A stretch of DNA of 64,000 nt from assembly GCA_038060895.1 (NCBI GenBank), contig JBBTCT010000029.1, positions 37,160 through 101,159 on the forward strand, written 5' to 3'. Of the stretch, positions 48,871 to 58,197 are shown piece after piece. The translations under genes and the position numbers were made by a program. Positions within the stretch are counted from its first letter, which is position 1. Each line of letters starts with the position of its first letter. The notes below the pieces were generated by a model. It did no database searches and was not told the DNA's origin. It worked only from the letters and a program-made list of their open reading frames with translations. The DNA comes from Planctomycetota bacterium. Lineage in GTDB: Bacteria > Planctomycetota > MHYJ01 > WSZJ01.

Positions 48871-49673
48871 ATCGCTTCCTTCACGATCCGCGCCGCCGCC
48901 GCCGATTCGGCCTCCGTCGTCGTTCGCCCCAGCCCCACGCGATCCGCTCGCCACGCAGGTACGAAATGGTCTCTCAGCGACAGCTCGAGGCCCGGTTGGC
49001 GACTGACCCACCGCGCGACAGGACGGGCGCAGCACGCCAGGTGCCCGGGCATCACGAGATGGCGCACGACCGTCCGCCGCCGCCCCGCGCAAAGAAGCAG
49101 ATTCCGCTTCAGCACGCTCACATACGGCGTCGCGCCTCCCAGCTGGCGAGCGCACCTGTCCGACCCGAACTTGAAGTCCGCCACGATCACGTCGAAGGCC
49201 GCGAGACACCTTTGAAGCGCTTCCGGCGTCTGCCACAGGTTGGTCTTCAGGGCGAGGGGGCAGGGAAGCGGCCTGACGGCGCGCGAGAAGTCCTCGAGCC
49301 AGGGCAGGAAGATCGTGGGCTCGCCGCCCAGGATCATGACCGATCGCGCACCGTCCGCGACGGCCCGCCGCGCCTGCTCCGCCAGCGCCGCGACCGAGGA
49401 CGGCTCGCCGCGCAGCGCGTCCTGGCTGTCCCGGCCGGTGATGCAGAACGCGCATCGGAAGTTGCATCCGCTGAGGCTCACCGCAAAGGCAGGGTTCAGA
49501 AAGTCTTCTTCAGCATACTCCGTCAGCGCCGCGAACGTTCGCGGGATTGCGCCGGCGTGGCAGCGGCCGGCGGGAGTGGACGACCGGTCGGCGCCGCATC
49601 GGTGCTCGCATATTTCGCAGCTCGCGTAGTCATTGTTCACGATCCTGCGATGCTGGCCGCGGCGCTGAATCAC
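48867..49673 (-). CDS. PflX-like radical SAM protein
   Basis: N-terminal CEICEHRC, CNFRCAFC (CxxxCxxC), GGEPT, ADFKFG, VRHLVMPGH; alternative start 49640. Confidence 0.9.
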   Translation of the reverse strand: MIQRRGQHRRIVNNDYASCEICEHRCGADRSSTPAGRCHAGAIPRTFAALTEYAEEDFLNPAFAVSLSGCNFRCAFCITGRDSQDALRGEPSSVAALAEQARRAVADGARSVMILGGEPTIFLPWLEDFSRAVRPLPCPLALKTNLWQTPEALQRCLAAFDVIVADFKFGSDRCARQLGGATPYVSVLKRNLLLCAGRRRTVVRHLVMPGHLACCARPVARWVSRQPGLELSLRDHFVPAWRADRVGLGRTTTEAESAAAARIVKEAI

Positions 49674-49688
49674 GCGGGAAGCAGCAGG

Positions 49689-50009
49689 CTACTTCCCGAA
49701 GAGACGCCGCAGCTTGTCCCAGAATCCAGGATCGTCGGGCGAGGGACTGGCAGGTCCGCCCGTCTGCGCCTCGACGGGTTTCCACGCTTCCGGCTTCGGC
49801 GGCACGTTGGACAGCGTGCGCACGCCCTCTACCACGGTGCGCAGTTCGTTCATCTCGGTGGCGCACGGCGGGCACGTCCGGACGTGCGCTTCGACGGCGC
49901 TCTGCACGGCTGCGTCGGCGACGCCGTCCAGCACTTCGCCCATCGCGAGACGCACGTCCTCGCAGCGCACTTCCTCGCCCGACCTCAATTTGAATTCGCC
50001 CGCGCTCAT
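49689..50009 (-). CDS. Soluble zinc-binding anti-sigma factor (zf-HC2)
   Basis: C..LDG....HVRTCPPC; no TM; ATGA overlap with sigma stop. Confidence 0.88.
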   Translation of the reverse strand: MSAGEFKLRSGEEVRCEDVRLAMGEVLDGVADAAVQSAVEAHVRTCPPCATEMNELRTVVEGVRTLSNVPPKPEAWKPVEAQTGGPASPSPDDPGFWDKLRRLFGK

Positions 50010-50554
50010 GCTCCGCCGCCTCTCATGCGGTCCGCGAGGGATTTGCGCGCGCGGTAGAGACGGCCGCGCACCTGGTCGGCGCTGAGGTTCATCGCATGGC
50101 CGATCTCGTCGTAGCCGATTCCCTGCGCGGCCAGCAGCAGCATCTCGCGTTCCTCGGGCTCGACGCGGGCGAGTTCCTTTCGAAGCGACTCGAGCCGCGG
50201 GTCCTCCTCCGGCCCTTCCGGCGCCGCTACGGCTTCCGCCGAATCGCCGAGCATTTCCGCGGGTCGGCGCGACTCGCCGCGCAGCCGCATGCGGGCCTCG
50301 TTGAGGGCAATGGAAGCGATCCACGTGCCGGGTTTCGAGTCGCCGCGGAACGTGCCCGAGTTTTTCCAGATCTTCACGAAGGTCTCCTGCATCACGTCCT
50401 CCGCCCAGTCGCGACGACGGATCATGCGAAGCGCCAGACCCTGCACGCGCCCTGCGTGGCGGTCCCAGAGGCGCCGCAGGGCCTGCTGATCGCCGCGCGA
50501 GCAGGCCGCGAGGTCGCTTCGGTCGAGATCGTCGTCGGAAGCCGAAATTGAGAT
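50006..50554 (-). CDS. ECF sigma factor (probable non-canonical ATC start)
   Basis: DLAACSRGDQQALRRLWDRH, AEDVMQETF, FRGDS..TWI, YDEI..VRGRLYRAR; SD AGGAG 7 nt before ATC 50554. Confidence 0.88.
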   Translation of the reverse strand: MSISASDDDLDRSDLAACSRGDQQALRRLWDRHAGRVQGLALRMIRRRDWAEDVMQETFVKIWKNSGTFRGDSKPGTWIASIALNEARMRLRGESRRPAEMLGDSAEAVAAPEGPEEDPRLESLRKELARVEPEEREMLLLAAQGIGYDEIGHAMNLSADQVRGRLYRARKSLADRMRGGGA

Positions 50555-50865
50555 GCCGGAACTCCTGAGGGCGTCACGCGGAACGTGAGAGAATGAAGCG
50601 CTGCAACCCCTTGGCTCAGAACGGATTGTAGCGTCCGGCGCCTCTTCGCTGCCACCTCTGGATGCCGTGCATCGAAAACCGCGTCATGGGGCCCGCGTGC
50701 CGAAAAAGCAGGTGCATTCAAAGCGCGAGCCAGAATCCAGCGTGTCAAGCTACGGCGGCCCGCCTGCGCCGCAGGGCGATTGTTGCTCACGTTCGCAGTC
50801 CAGGCGAATGCACTCGAACAGTCGAGCCGGTATCATGTCGTCCACTCCCGCTTCCGGGCCCGTGG

Positions 50866-53862
50866 ATGCATCACGCCTCCGACCTGCTTGTCGGCCTCCT
50901 CGCACTTCAAATGCGCCTTCTAACAAAGGCGCAGTTCATTGAGTGCGCCTCGGAGTGGACGAAAAACATGGCGCGTCCGTTTCCCGACTTGCTCATGGCG
51001 CGCGACCTGCTGAGCGAACGGCAGGTGAAGGCTCTGAAGGAAGCCGCTGCCGTCGCGGCGGAGGCGAACGACGGAGACATCAGCCAGACGATCGCGATGG
51101 CGCCGATCGAGCGCGACGTTCAGGAAACGCTCTTGACGCTCTTCGCTTCGACCGGCCTTTCGCGGCCGATCCGCGGCATGAACGCCGTCGAGCCCGGGAC
51201 GATCGTCGTCGCGCGCGCGAGCCTCGATCGCTACAGCGTCGGCGCAGAGCTGGCGCACGGGGGGCTGGGGCGGATCGTGGAAGCGTGGGACGCGACGCTC
51301 GAGCGGGAGGTCGCGATCAAGATCATCAACCGTGAGGCGATGGCGGGGCAGGAAGCGCGCTTTGTGCGCGAGGCAAAGCTCGCGGGAAGGCTCGAGCACC
51401 CGAACATCGTCCCGGTGTACGACTTCGGCGCGCTTCCCGGCGACGAGAACCAGCTGTTCCTCTCGATGAAGCGGATTCGCGGGCGGGACCTGAAGCATGC
51501 GTTGCGTGCGGTGGCGGGGGGGGACGGGAGGGCGCGGGATGAATTCACGCGGACCCGGCTTCTGCAGATATTCCAGTCGATCTGCCAGGGGATCGCGTTT
51601 GCGCACGACCGCGGGGTCATACATCGGGACCTGAAGCCTGCCAACGTGATGCTGGGAGATTACGGCGAAGTCCACATCGTCGATTGGGGGCTGGCGCGGA
51701 CGTATCGCGAGGGCCCGGGCCCCGCCTCTCCAGGCGCTCCGCGGGCGGAAGAAGGGGTGACGAACGACGGCGAGGTGCTCGGCACGCCGGGGTACATGTC
51801 CCCCGAGCAGGCTGGTGGGCGCATCGCGGAGCTGGACCCGCGCAGCGACGTCTGGTCGCTCGGCGCGATTCTCTACGAGATGCTCACGTGGCGGCCGCTT
51901 TTCGAGGGCAGGAATGTGAAGGACCTCGTGCGGCAGGTCCTCGACACCGACGCGGGGCCGCCGTCCTCGCGCGTCACGGCCGGTGCGCCTCCCGTTCCGC
52001 CGGAGCTGGACGCGATCTGCCTGAGGGCGCTCTCGCGTCGCAAGGAAGACCGCACCGCCTCCGCGATGGAGCTGCACCGCGAGGTGCAGCTGTTCCTCGA
52101 GGGCGTCGCCGAACGCGAGCGCGAACAGCGCGCGGCCGACGAGGCAGTCTCCCGCGCTCTCTCCGCAATCGCCCGCCGCGACGACTTCATCGATCTCGGA
52201 CGCCAGGCCGCGGAAGCCGCCGCGCTGCTCGCGGGGGCCGCCCAACCCTGGAATCCCGACAAGGCGCGGCTCTGGGAAGCGCAGGACCGCGCGGGAGCGC
52301 TGGAGACGGCGGTCGTCGAGGCGTACTCGGACGCGGTCGGCGAGCTCGGAAGCGCGCTTTCCGCGCGCCGCGACCACCCGGAGGCGCGCCGGCTCATGGC
52401 GAAGCTCGCGTGGGAGAAATTTGTGGAGGCCGAAGCCCGCGAGAACGATAAGGACATGCTCCTCCACCGTCGCGCCGTGGAGCGCTTCAACGACGGCGCC
52501 TTCGACGCGCTCCTTCGGGGCGACGGCACGCTTGCTGTGCGTGCGCAGACCTGGCCCTGCCACTGCCTCTCGCAGGGGAGGGATTTTCCTCCCGGGGAGA
52601 TCGCACGCTCTCTCTACCATCCGTTTTCCGGCCGGTGGCTCGCCCCTGAATCCCGCACGCAAGGCGTCCACGCGCTCGAACCTGTCACCCCCGCCCGTCT
52701 CCGCGCTCACGCCTCTTCCTGCCGCCCCGAACCGCTGGCGGGCGCACATGTCTGGCTCTTTCGCTATGCAGAGGCCGGACGCCGCCTTGTTCCCGTGGAT
52801 CCCAGGCCGGGCGACGTCCAGCTCGCTCCCGCCGTCAGGACCGCCCCCGCGCCTCCGCTCGACGACGTCTTCGACAAGTCGTCTCCCTATCGCCCGAAAG
52901 GCGGCGGGTTCTACCTCGGCCGCGCGCCGATCAAGCGCGTCACACTTCGCACCGGTTCCTGGCTCCTGATCATCGTCCATGCCGGATTCGAGCCCGTCCG
53001 CTGCCCGGTCTTCGTCCCTCGCGGCGGCCACGCCGAGCAGTTCGTCACGCTCTACCGTCCATCCGAGATACCTCCCGGCACCCGTCTCGTCCCCGAAGGC
53101 CGCTTCAGCTACCAGGGGGACCCGAACAGCCCTTTCAGTGAATCCGCCGAGGTTCACTTTCTCCCCGACTTCTTCCTCGCGCGCCACCCCGTCACCTGTC
53201 GTGAGTACCGCGACTTCCTGAACGACCTGGCGAAACGCGACCCGGCCGAAGCGCGAAGGCGTTCGCCGCGCGAGTCGCACGACAGCGGCTGGTGGTGGAG
53301 CGGCCCGCCGTTCGAGGTGCCGACCGCGGCGTGGCTTGCGAAGACGCAGGAATCGAATCGCGGGGATGCGCGGCGCCTGCCGAATGCCGTGGCGGACTGG
53401 GACGAAGACTGGCCCGTCCTGGGAGTGTCGTGGGAGGACGCGATGGCCTACTGCGCGTGGAAGCGAACGCGCGAGGGGTTCGCGGTCACGCTTCCCCTCG
53501 AGCACGAATGGGAAAAGGCCGCTCGCGGACCGGATCGGAGGGTGTTCCCCTGGGGGAGGCACTTCGACGAGTGCTGGGCGAACAGCAACCGCTCGCATTC
53601 CGACGGCCCGCGCCCCGTGAAAGTTTCGGAGTTCCCTTCGGACGAATCCCCCTACGGGATCCGCGGCCTCGGCGGAAACTCCCGCGACCTGTGCCTGAAC
53701 ATCCCGAACGCGAACTTTCCTGACTGGCGCATCTCGCGCGGCGGCTTCTGGTCGGACACGGGTGTCCGCTGCCGCGCGACCGACCGGACGGGCGGCGCGG
53801 CGACGCGGGTGAACTGGTACTTCGGATTTCGCATGGCCACGTTGCCGCAACTCGGAATCTGA
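50866..53862 (+). CDS. Ser/Thr kinase fused to FGE-sulfatase (SUMF1) domain
   Basis: IHRDLKPAN, VDWGLA, GTPGYMSPEQ; PVTCREY, PVLGVSWEDA, EWEKAARG, FPWG, GFR. Confidence 0.92.
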   Translation: MHHASDLLVGLLALQMRLLTKAQFIECASEWTKNMARPFPDLLMARDLLSERQVKALKEAAAVAAEANDGDISQTIAMAPIERDVQETLLTLFASTGLSRPIRGMNAVEPGTIVVARASLDRYSVGAELAHGGLGRIVEAWDATLEREVAIKIINREAMAGQEARFVREAKLAGRLEHPNIVPVYDFGALPGDENQLFLSMKRIRGRDLKHALRAVAGGDGRARDEFTRTRLLQIFQSICQGIAFAHDRGVIHRDLKPANVMLGDYGEVHIVDWGLARTYREGPGPASPGAPRAEEGVTNDGEVLGTPGYMSPEQAGGRIAELDPRSDVWSLGAILYEMLTWRPLFEGRNVKDLVRQVLDTDAGPPSSRVTAGAPPVPPELDAICLRALSRRKEDRTASAMELHREVQLFLEGVAEREREQRAADEAVSRALSAIARRDDFIDLGRQAAEAAALLAGAAQPWNPDKARLWEAQDRAGALETAVVEAYSDAVGELGSALSARRDHPEARRLMAKLAWEKFVEAEARENDKDMLLHRRAVERFNDGAFDALLRGDGTLAVRAQTWPCHCLSQGRDFPPGEIARSLYHPFSGRWLAPESRTQGVHALEPVTPARLRAHASSCRPEPLAGAHVWLFRYAEAGRRLVPVDPRPGDVQLAPAVRTAPAPPLDDVFDKSSPYRPKGGGFYLGRAPIKRVTLRTGSWLLIIVHAGFEPVRCPVFVPRGGHAEQFVTLYRPSEIPPGTRLVPEGRFSYQGDPNSPFSESAEVHFLPDFFLARHPVTCREYRDFLNDLAKRDPAEARRRSPRESHDSGWWWSGPPFEVPTAAWLAKTQESNRGDARRLPNAVADWDEDWPVLGVSWEDAMAYCAWKRTREGFAVTLPLEHEWEKAARGPDRRVFPWGRHFDECWANSNRSHSDGPRPVKVSEFPSDESPYGIRGLGGNSRDLCLNIPNANFPDWRISRGGFWSDTGVRCRATDRTGGAATRVNWYFGFRMATLPQLGI

Positions 53863-53890
53863 GCGCCGGGGAAATCCCCGCCCTTTCCCG

Positions 53891-55531
53891 TCACTTCGCT
53901 TTCAGAAATTCGATCAGATCGCGCTTCGCGTCCCCCGGCAGCGCCGTCCCGTAATCGTGGCCGGCGTTCGAATTCCCCGGCGTCGTCGTGTCGAGGACGT
54001 GCGGGCCCGCGTCGGCGTACCCGAGCCCCGAGGCGTCGTACTCGCGCGAGCCGCGCCGCCACGTTTTCGGCCTCGATGCCGGCGGCGAGAGCAGGTCCGC
54101 CATCGTTCGCACGGAGCCGTTGTGCAGGTACGGCGCCCGGGCCCACACGCCCTCGAGGGCCGAGGCCCAGTATTTTCCCGTGCCGCGGATGGCGGGCTCC
54201 TTTGAAGCGTCGAAGTTCTCGACCTGCACGGTGCGCAGGAACCCGTTGAACCCGTCCGCCTGCTTCTGCGTGAACGCCCTCGCCCGCGCCGGATCGGTCC
54301 CGACCTCGGCGACCGCGTGCAGCCGCGCGTCGCTCTCCGGGCCGTCGTGGCACGAAGCGCAATTCGCGCGGTAGTGCGCCTCCCCGCGCTTCGCTGCGGC
54401 TTCGTCAATCTGCCACGGGTATTTCGGCGGCCGGATCGTCTCGGACAACTGCGTCTGCCTCTTCAGCACCGCAACGTCGAGCACGGCCTTCTTCCCGAGA
54501 AGCGGCGCGCCGAGCCCGACGGCGGCGAGAAGGTTGCGCGCCATCGGGGACGGGGTGTTGCCGTCCCAGTGCACCCAGCGGCGCCGGTCGACGTTCCAGA
54601 CGACGCCGAATTTGACGGGCGCGTACTCCTGCGGCGTGCCGAGGAGCACGAGCGAGAGCAGGCCGAACGCGTCGTTGCGTCCCGGGCCGGAAGCGGGCGG
54701 GGCGCCGGCGGGGAGGGCGTCGGGGATATGAAGCGCCGCGCGCATGTTGTGGAGCAGGCGGAGGAGGTTGCGCGCGAGGTCGGGGAGCGGGACGAGCTTG
54801 GTCGTGCCGGGGACAAAGAGGTCGAGGTCATGCTCGCCAAGCACGTGCATCGCGCCCGCTGCGGCGCCGCGGTTCGCGAGCGGGTCCTCCTTCACCGCCG
54901 CCGCGATCGCCGCCATGTCCTTTGCGATCAGCTCCTCCATTTCCCGCACCGCCTGCGCGTCCGCCCGCCGCAGCCGCGCGCGCGCGTACGCCGGGAGGAA
55001 CTTCTTCATTGCCTCGGGGTCCGCCGTTTTCACCATCGCGACCACGACGGCGCCGAAGAACGCCTCCGCGTCGAACGGCGCCGGCTGGCCAAGCAGCGTG
55101 ATGGGCGCACCGCCGCCAGGGGGGACAACCTGCCCCGCGTGGCACGACGCGCAGTTGATCCCGAGCGAGGGCAGTCCTCCGAGGTGCTCGACCCGGCGCA
55201 GGCTGAAGCCGAGCGGCAGCCCGTCCGCCCGCTCCGCAACCGCGCCGAACGCCACGAGCGTCGCCGAGGGAATCAGCCCCGGCTCGGTCTCCGCCCACGC
55301 GCGCAGCAGCACTTCCGGCAGAAACTCCGTCCCCATCGAGCCGTGCAGGAAAAAGTCGCGATCGGCTTCGGACCAGCTGGGGGTCTGTTCGGGGAGGAGC
55401 GCGTAGGGAACCGGATCGGCCACCGGCCCGGCGCCGTCCTTGTCGCCGTCGCCGCCGCAGGAGATCAGTCCCAGCGCTCCGCCAAGCGCCGCCGCCGCGA
55501 ACGCCTTTGTCGCCCAAGGATGCCGCTTCAT
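53891..55531 (-). CDS. Di-heme cytochrome c lipoprotein (RoxA/cytochrome c peroxidase-like)
   Basis: Lipobox LISC, two CASCH motifs, GPGRNDAF, APYLHNGSV, GNSNAGHDYG. Confidence 0.85.
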   Translation of the reverse strand: MKRHPWATKAFAAAALGGALGLISCGGDGDKDGAGPVADPVPYALLPEQTPSWSEADRDFFLHGSMGTEFLPEVLLRAWAETEPGLIPSATLVAFGAVAERADGLPLGFSLRRVEHLGGLPSLGINCASCHAGQVVPPGGGAPITLLGQPAPFDAEAFFGAVVVAMVKTADPEAMKKFLPAYARARLRRADAQAVREMEELIAKDMAAIAAAVKEDPLANRGAAAGAMHVLGEHDLDLFVPGTTKLVPLPDLARNLLRLLHNMRAALHIPDALPAGAPPASGPGRNDAFGLLSLVLLGTPQEYAPVKFGVVWNVDRRRWVHWDGNTPSPMARNLLAAVGLGAPLLGKKAVLDVAVLKRQTQLSETIRPPKYPWQIDEAAAKRGEAHYRANCASCHDGPESDARLHAVAEVGTDPARARAFTQKQADGFNGFLRTVQVENFDASKEPAIRGTGKYWASALEGVWARAPYLHNGSVRTMADLLSPPASRPKTWRRGSREYDASGLGYADAGPHVLDTTTPGNSNAGHDYGTALPGDAKRDLIEFLKAK

Positions 55532-55590
55532 GAAGCGCCCCCGTCCCGAGTTGAGTGGCGGCGAGTGTACCTCCGACGCTGGACTGACCG

Positions 55591-57111
55591 TCACGCCGGA
55601 ACCTCGTCCAGCGGCCGAAATCCCGCCTTGGTGCATGCTTCCCGGATCCGATCCGTCAGGCGGCGAAGTGTCAGGCTGTCGCGGAGCTCGCCGAGGATCG
55701 CAGCTCCTTTCCTCCACGACTCTCGAGCCTCGTTCTCGCTTCCTCTTTCGACCAGGAGAATCGCGAGATTGCACGCGTGCGCGCCTTCATGGCGCCGGTT
55801 TCCAACCTGCACGTGGATCTCGATCGCCCGCCGGCACGCGGCCTCCGCTTCGTCCAGCCGCGACTGGCGCCGGTAGACCTCCGACAGATTGCCCAGATCG
55901 ATCCCCTCGAACCGCGGGTTTCGTATCTCGCGGTGAATCGCCAGCCCTTCCTGAAAGAGACGCTCCGCCTCCGGCAGTCGCCCCGCCTCCAGCTCAATCC
56001 CCGCCAGCACCCCGAGCGCGACTCCTTCTGCGCGCCGATCGCCGACGTCGCGGTGAAGCGCGAGCGCCCGCCCGATCGCCTGCGAGGCGAGGTCCCAGCG
56101 GCCGGTTTCCGAATACAGGACGCTCAGATTTCGGAGCAGCACCGCCTGGGACTGCCGATTCCCGATCCCCTCCTGCAGCAACATCGCCTCCCGAAACGTT
56201 TCTTCAGCCAGCTCCGTGCGTCCCGATCCCAGGAAAAGGCCCGCCAGATTTCCGAGCGCGATTCCCTCGAAGCGCCTCGCGCCGGTCTCCCGGTTGATCG
56301 CCAGTGCCTCGGCGTACGCTGCTTCTGCCGCGTCGGTCCGCCCGGTTTCGAGGTAGACGTTGGCAAGCCCGCCCAAGGTTATGCCTTCTGAGCGCCGGTC
56401 TCCCGCGGCCCTGTTGATGGCCAGCGCGCGTTCCAGATCCCGCTCCGCGTCCGCGAGCCGGCCCGTCTCGCGGTACACGTTGGCCAGATTAGCCAGGGAA
56501 ATTCCCTCCGACCGCACGTCCCCCGTCTCGCGATGGATCGCCATCGCACGCACAAACGCGACTTCCGATTCCGCCAGTTTTCCCGCGGAGAGCAGCGTCC
56601 CAGCGAGGTTTCCCGTCGCCACACCCTCGGCCTTCCGGTCGCCCGCTCTCTTCAGTTCTTCGATCGCCCGCTCAAACAAAGGTTCAGCATCCCGGAGCCG
56701 GCCGCCCTGCATCGCCGCGACGCCCGCCCGCCGGACCGCTTGCCCCCGCGCCGCCCCCTCCGACAGCCCGGCAAGTTCTTCCCAGCACGACCGCGCCGCC
56801 TCCGTCCGATGGCGCCGCGCCAGTTCCTCCGCCGCGCGCCGCAAGTACAGCCGCCGCTCCGCTTCGAATCCCCCTCCAGCCCGCCCCGCATGCCCGGCCA
56901 TCTCTTCCGCGAACACGTCGCTTGGGTGCGGAGCGATCGCTTCGTCCAAATTCCCCAGCGCCGGCGGCTCCGGCGGCGCCCCGCCACACAGTCCCTCGAG
57001 CGCCGCCAGCGCCAGCGCATGCAGCCGCGCGCGCTCGCCGGGGAGCTGGAGTTGGTAGGCGGCATCGCGGAGAAGGGCGTGACGAAAGAAGTAGGAGCGT
57101 TCACGGTGCAC
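55591..57111 (-). CDS. TPR-repeat protein with STAND-type winged-helix remnant at N-terminus
   Basis: YFFRHALLRDAAY, then about 40-aa repeats GDRR.EG..LGNLA. Confidence 0.88.
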   Translation of the reverse strand: MHRERSYFFRHALLRDAAYQLQLPGERARLHALALAALEGLCGGAPPEPPALGNLDEAIAPHPSDVFAEEMAGHAGRAGGGFEAERRLYLRRAAEELARRHRTEAARSCWEELAGLSEGAARGQAVRRAGVAAMQGGRLRDAEPLFERAIEELKRAGDRKAEGVATGNLAGTLLSAGKLAESEVAFVRAMAIHRETGDVRSEGISLANLANVYRETGRLADAERDLERALAINRAAGDRRSEGITLGGLANVYLETGRTDAAEAAYAEALAINRETGARRFEGIALGNLAGLFLGSGRTELAEETFREAMLLQEGIGNRQSQAVLLRNLSVLYSETGRWDLASQAIGRALALHRDVGDRRAEGVALGVLAGIELEAGRLPEAERLFQEGLAIHREIRNPRFEGIDLGNLSEVYRRQSRLDEAEAACRRAIEIHVQVGNRRHEGAHACNLAILLVERGSENEARESWRKGAAILGELRDSLTLRRLTDRIREACTKAGFRPLDEVPA

Positions 57112-57232
57112 ACGAGCAGTCTAGCCGGGATGGCATTCAGGTCGTGAGGCATGCCAGGGCTCGGAGGTGGCACAAGAATGGTACAAGCGCGCAAATGTGA
57201 AATCAGGGCGACCGTAAGCCGTTGCCTGCCAA

Positions 57233-57274
57233 TGTCCCCGGCAAGATTCGAACTTGCGACCTGCGGTTTAGGAA
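57233..57274 (-). pseudogene. 3' fragment of tRNA-Arg(CCT), probable att site
   Basis: Minus strand TTCCTAA-ACCGC-AGGTC-GCAAG-TTCGAAT-CTTGC-CGGGGAC-A: anticodon loop, T-arm and acceptor 3' strand; no D-arm or 5' strand. Confidence 0.85.
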
Positions 57275-57865
57275 TCCTGACCAGGGGGAAAGGGCAGAGT
57301 AAGGCAGGAGTAGTCAGGATGCGACTTTTCCCTCGGGAAACCCGATTTTGTTTTCGGTCGGGAGTGGTCGGGATGGGGCAGGAAAGGGCGGTGGAGTTGG
57401 CACAAGTACGGCACAAGAAATGGGGACTGGGTCTCAAGCCGAACTCACCCGGTCGGCTGGCCGCCGACCGTTTGCGTGGAAGGGTTCGGAAAGGAAGCTG
57501 AGAGCCGGATCCACGAACGCCTCGATGACTGGTGGACCTGCGGAACTACTTCACGCACGACGAGGAGACCCAACAGTAGACTCTGGATCTAGACCAGTTC
57601 CAGCGAGGTCTTGTCGTCAGCCGCAGCTTGTTCGAAGTCATTGTGCTGACGAAGCTCGGTCTTCCCGAGGCGGCGACGAAAGCACCGCTGACGTGGGCCA
57701 GAGACCGACTTCTTGCGCGTCGCGGAAAGTAGCATTTTTCCCTGTCGGGTGCGTTGCGGCTCACAGGAGGTGGGCGCTGGAGACTGCACGCAATTGCTCA
57801 AGAAATGCCGCTTGACACCCGAATCTACCGCGGTAGACTGTGGTAGTCGAAAGGAGACACTAACC

Positions 57866-58183
57866 ATGGCTTACCTGCAGTTGGGATCCGTTGAAGACCC
57901 GCGGTCGATCAAGGTGCCGGGCTGGGCTTACGAGAATGCGCGGATTGCCGGGAGAGAGCTGGCGCGTCGGGGAACAAGGGCTGCAGCAGGCAAAGTCTCC
58001 GCTCCTACAAGGTGCGGAGTCTGCGGCGGCAGCTTCACGATCATCCGGCATGGCGAAATGGAGCTGCAACGTTGCACAAAGTGTGGCTTCGCTCGTCCTA
58101 AGATCGAGTCGACCGGGTCAATCACGTCTGGCGTCGTCATCGGTTTCGCTCTTGCGCTCCTCATTGACGCGCTTTCTCAATAA
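57866..58183 (+). CDS. Small zinc-ribbon protein with C-terminal TM helix
   Basis: SD AAGGAG; CGVC..CTKC; GVVIGFALALLI. Confidence 0.75.
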   Translation: MAYLQLGSVEDPRSIKVPGWAYENARIAGRELARRGTRAAAGKVSAPTRCGVCGGSFTIIRHGEMELQRCTKCGFARPKIESTGSITSGVVIGFALALLIDALSQ

Positions 58184-58197
58184 CCAAGGAGGGAGTC

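Noticed and set aside
120-55876. Long antisense/alternate-frame ORFs (e.g. 120-1598, 6655-9375, 18603-20366, 46864-48783, 50920-53850, 54317-55876)
   Set aside because: Shadows of GC3-rich genes on the other strand or frame; Arg/Pro/Ala-rich with no motifs.
57233-57310. Intact tRNA gene
   Set aside because: No D-arm or 5' acceptor strand complementary to CGGGGAC.
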